A DNA stretch of 63,519 bases, filler included, from Chiloscyllium plagiosum (lineage: Eukaryota), in NCBI RefSeq assembly GCF_004010195.1. It is 6 parts of one record of this genome, joined end to end, with 100 filler letters (N's around TTAATTAATTAA, not from the genome) between each part and the next. Parts side by side here need not be neighbours in the genome. Positions count along the whole stretch, not along the records: positions 60,091 to 63,519 come from NC_057710.1; 5 more parts are not named here. The stretch is one strand, 5' to 3'. The notes under the pieces are model-generated. The model did no database searches and was not told the DNA's origin. It worked only from the letters and a program-made list of their open reading frames with translations. The position numbers and the translations under genes were made by a program. Positions 63,291-63,519 of this stretch are shown in pieces. Each line of letters begins with the position of its first letter. Position 1 is the stretch's first letter.

Positions 63291-63519
63291 TTTTTTTTAT
63301 TTCAAAAATATACTTTATTCATAAAATAATTTGATGGTCTGTACAATTGGTCATGCCATACATATGTAAACATGTACATACAGAGATCAGAATTTATCGT
63401 TTTTTTATACAGGTCTGTACGATTTTCCATCATATGCCCATATGATTAGCTGAGGCGTCAGCAGAGCCCAAATGACTGCATGGACCCCTGTTCTTCATTA
63501 GGCAGGCAGACTTTACACA
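63291..63519 (-). mobile_element. Second Tx1 3' UTR inserted into or abutting Tx1 ORF1
   Basis: (T)8 then atttcaaaaatatactttattcat, same terminus as 52845-52873 and 41378. Confidence 0.85.

Overview
Repeat-dense eukaryotic genomic DNA, almost certainly a shark (HE1/V-SINE copies, shark-type CR1 with esterase ORF1, Tx1 and Penelope families). It comes from a draft assembly with four plain N-gaps and five artificial 100-bp N-TTAATTAATTAA-N linkers. I found no intact host protein-coding gene. Every recognisable ORF is a decayed retrotransposon piece: CR1, Tx1/L1, Penelope, Rex1/Babar or L2. Main signals worth follow-up: (1) many Penelope-derived ends carrying minimal hammerhead ribozyme cores, several as short fold-back insertions with 11-15 bp target duplications; (2) a pile-up of poly(A)-tailed Tx1-like 3' ends, all abutting the same ATAAACAGG motif at the TATA region of an LTR, suggesting site-specific targeting; (3) a 5.2-kb block, including a unique promoter-like segment, nested at an exact junction inside an older CR1; (4) recurrent duplication-plus-filler scars. 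Family names are from recalled consensus features, not database searches.
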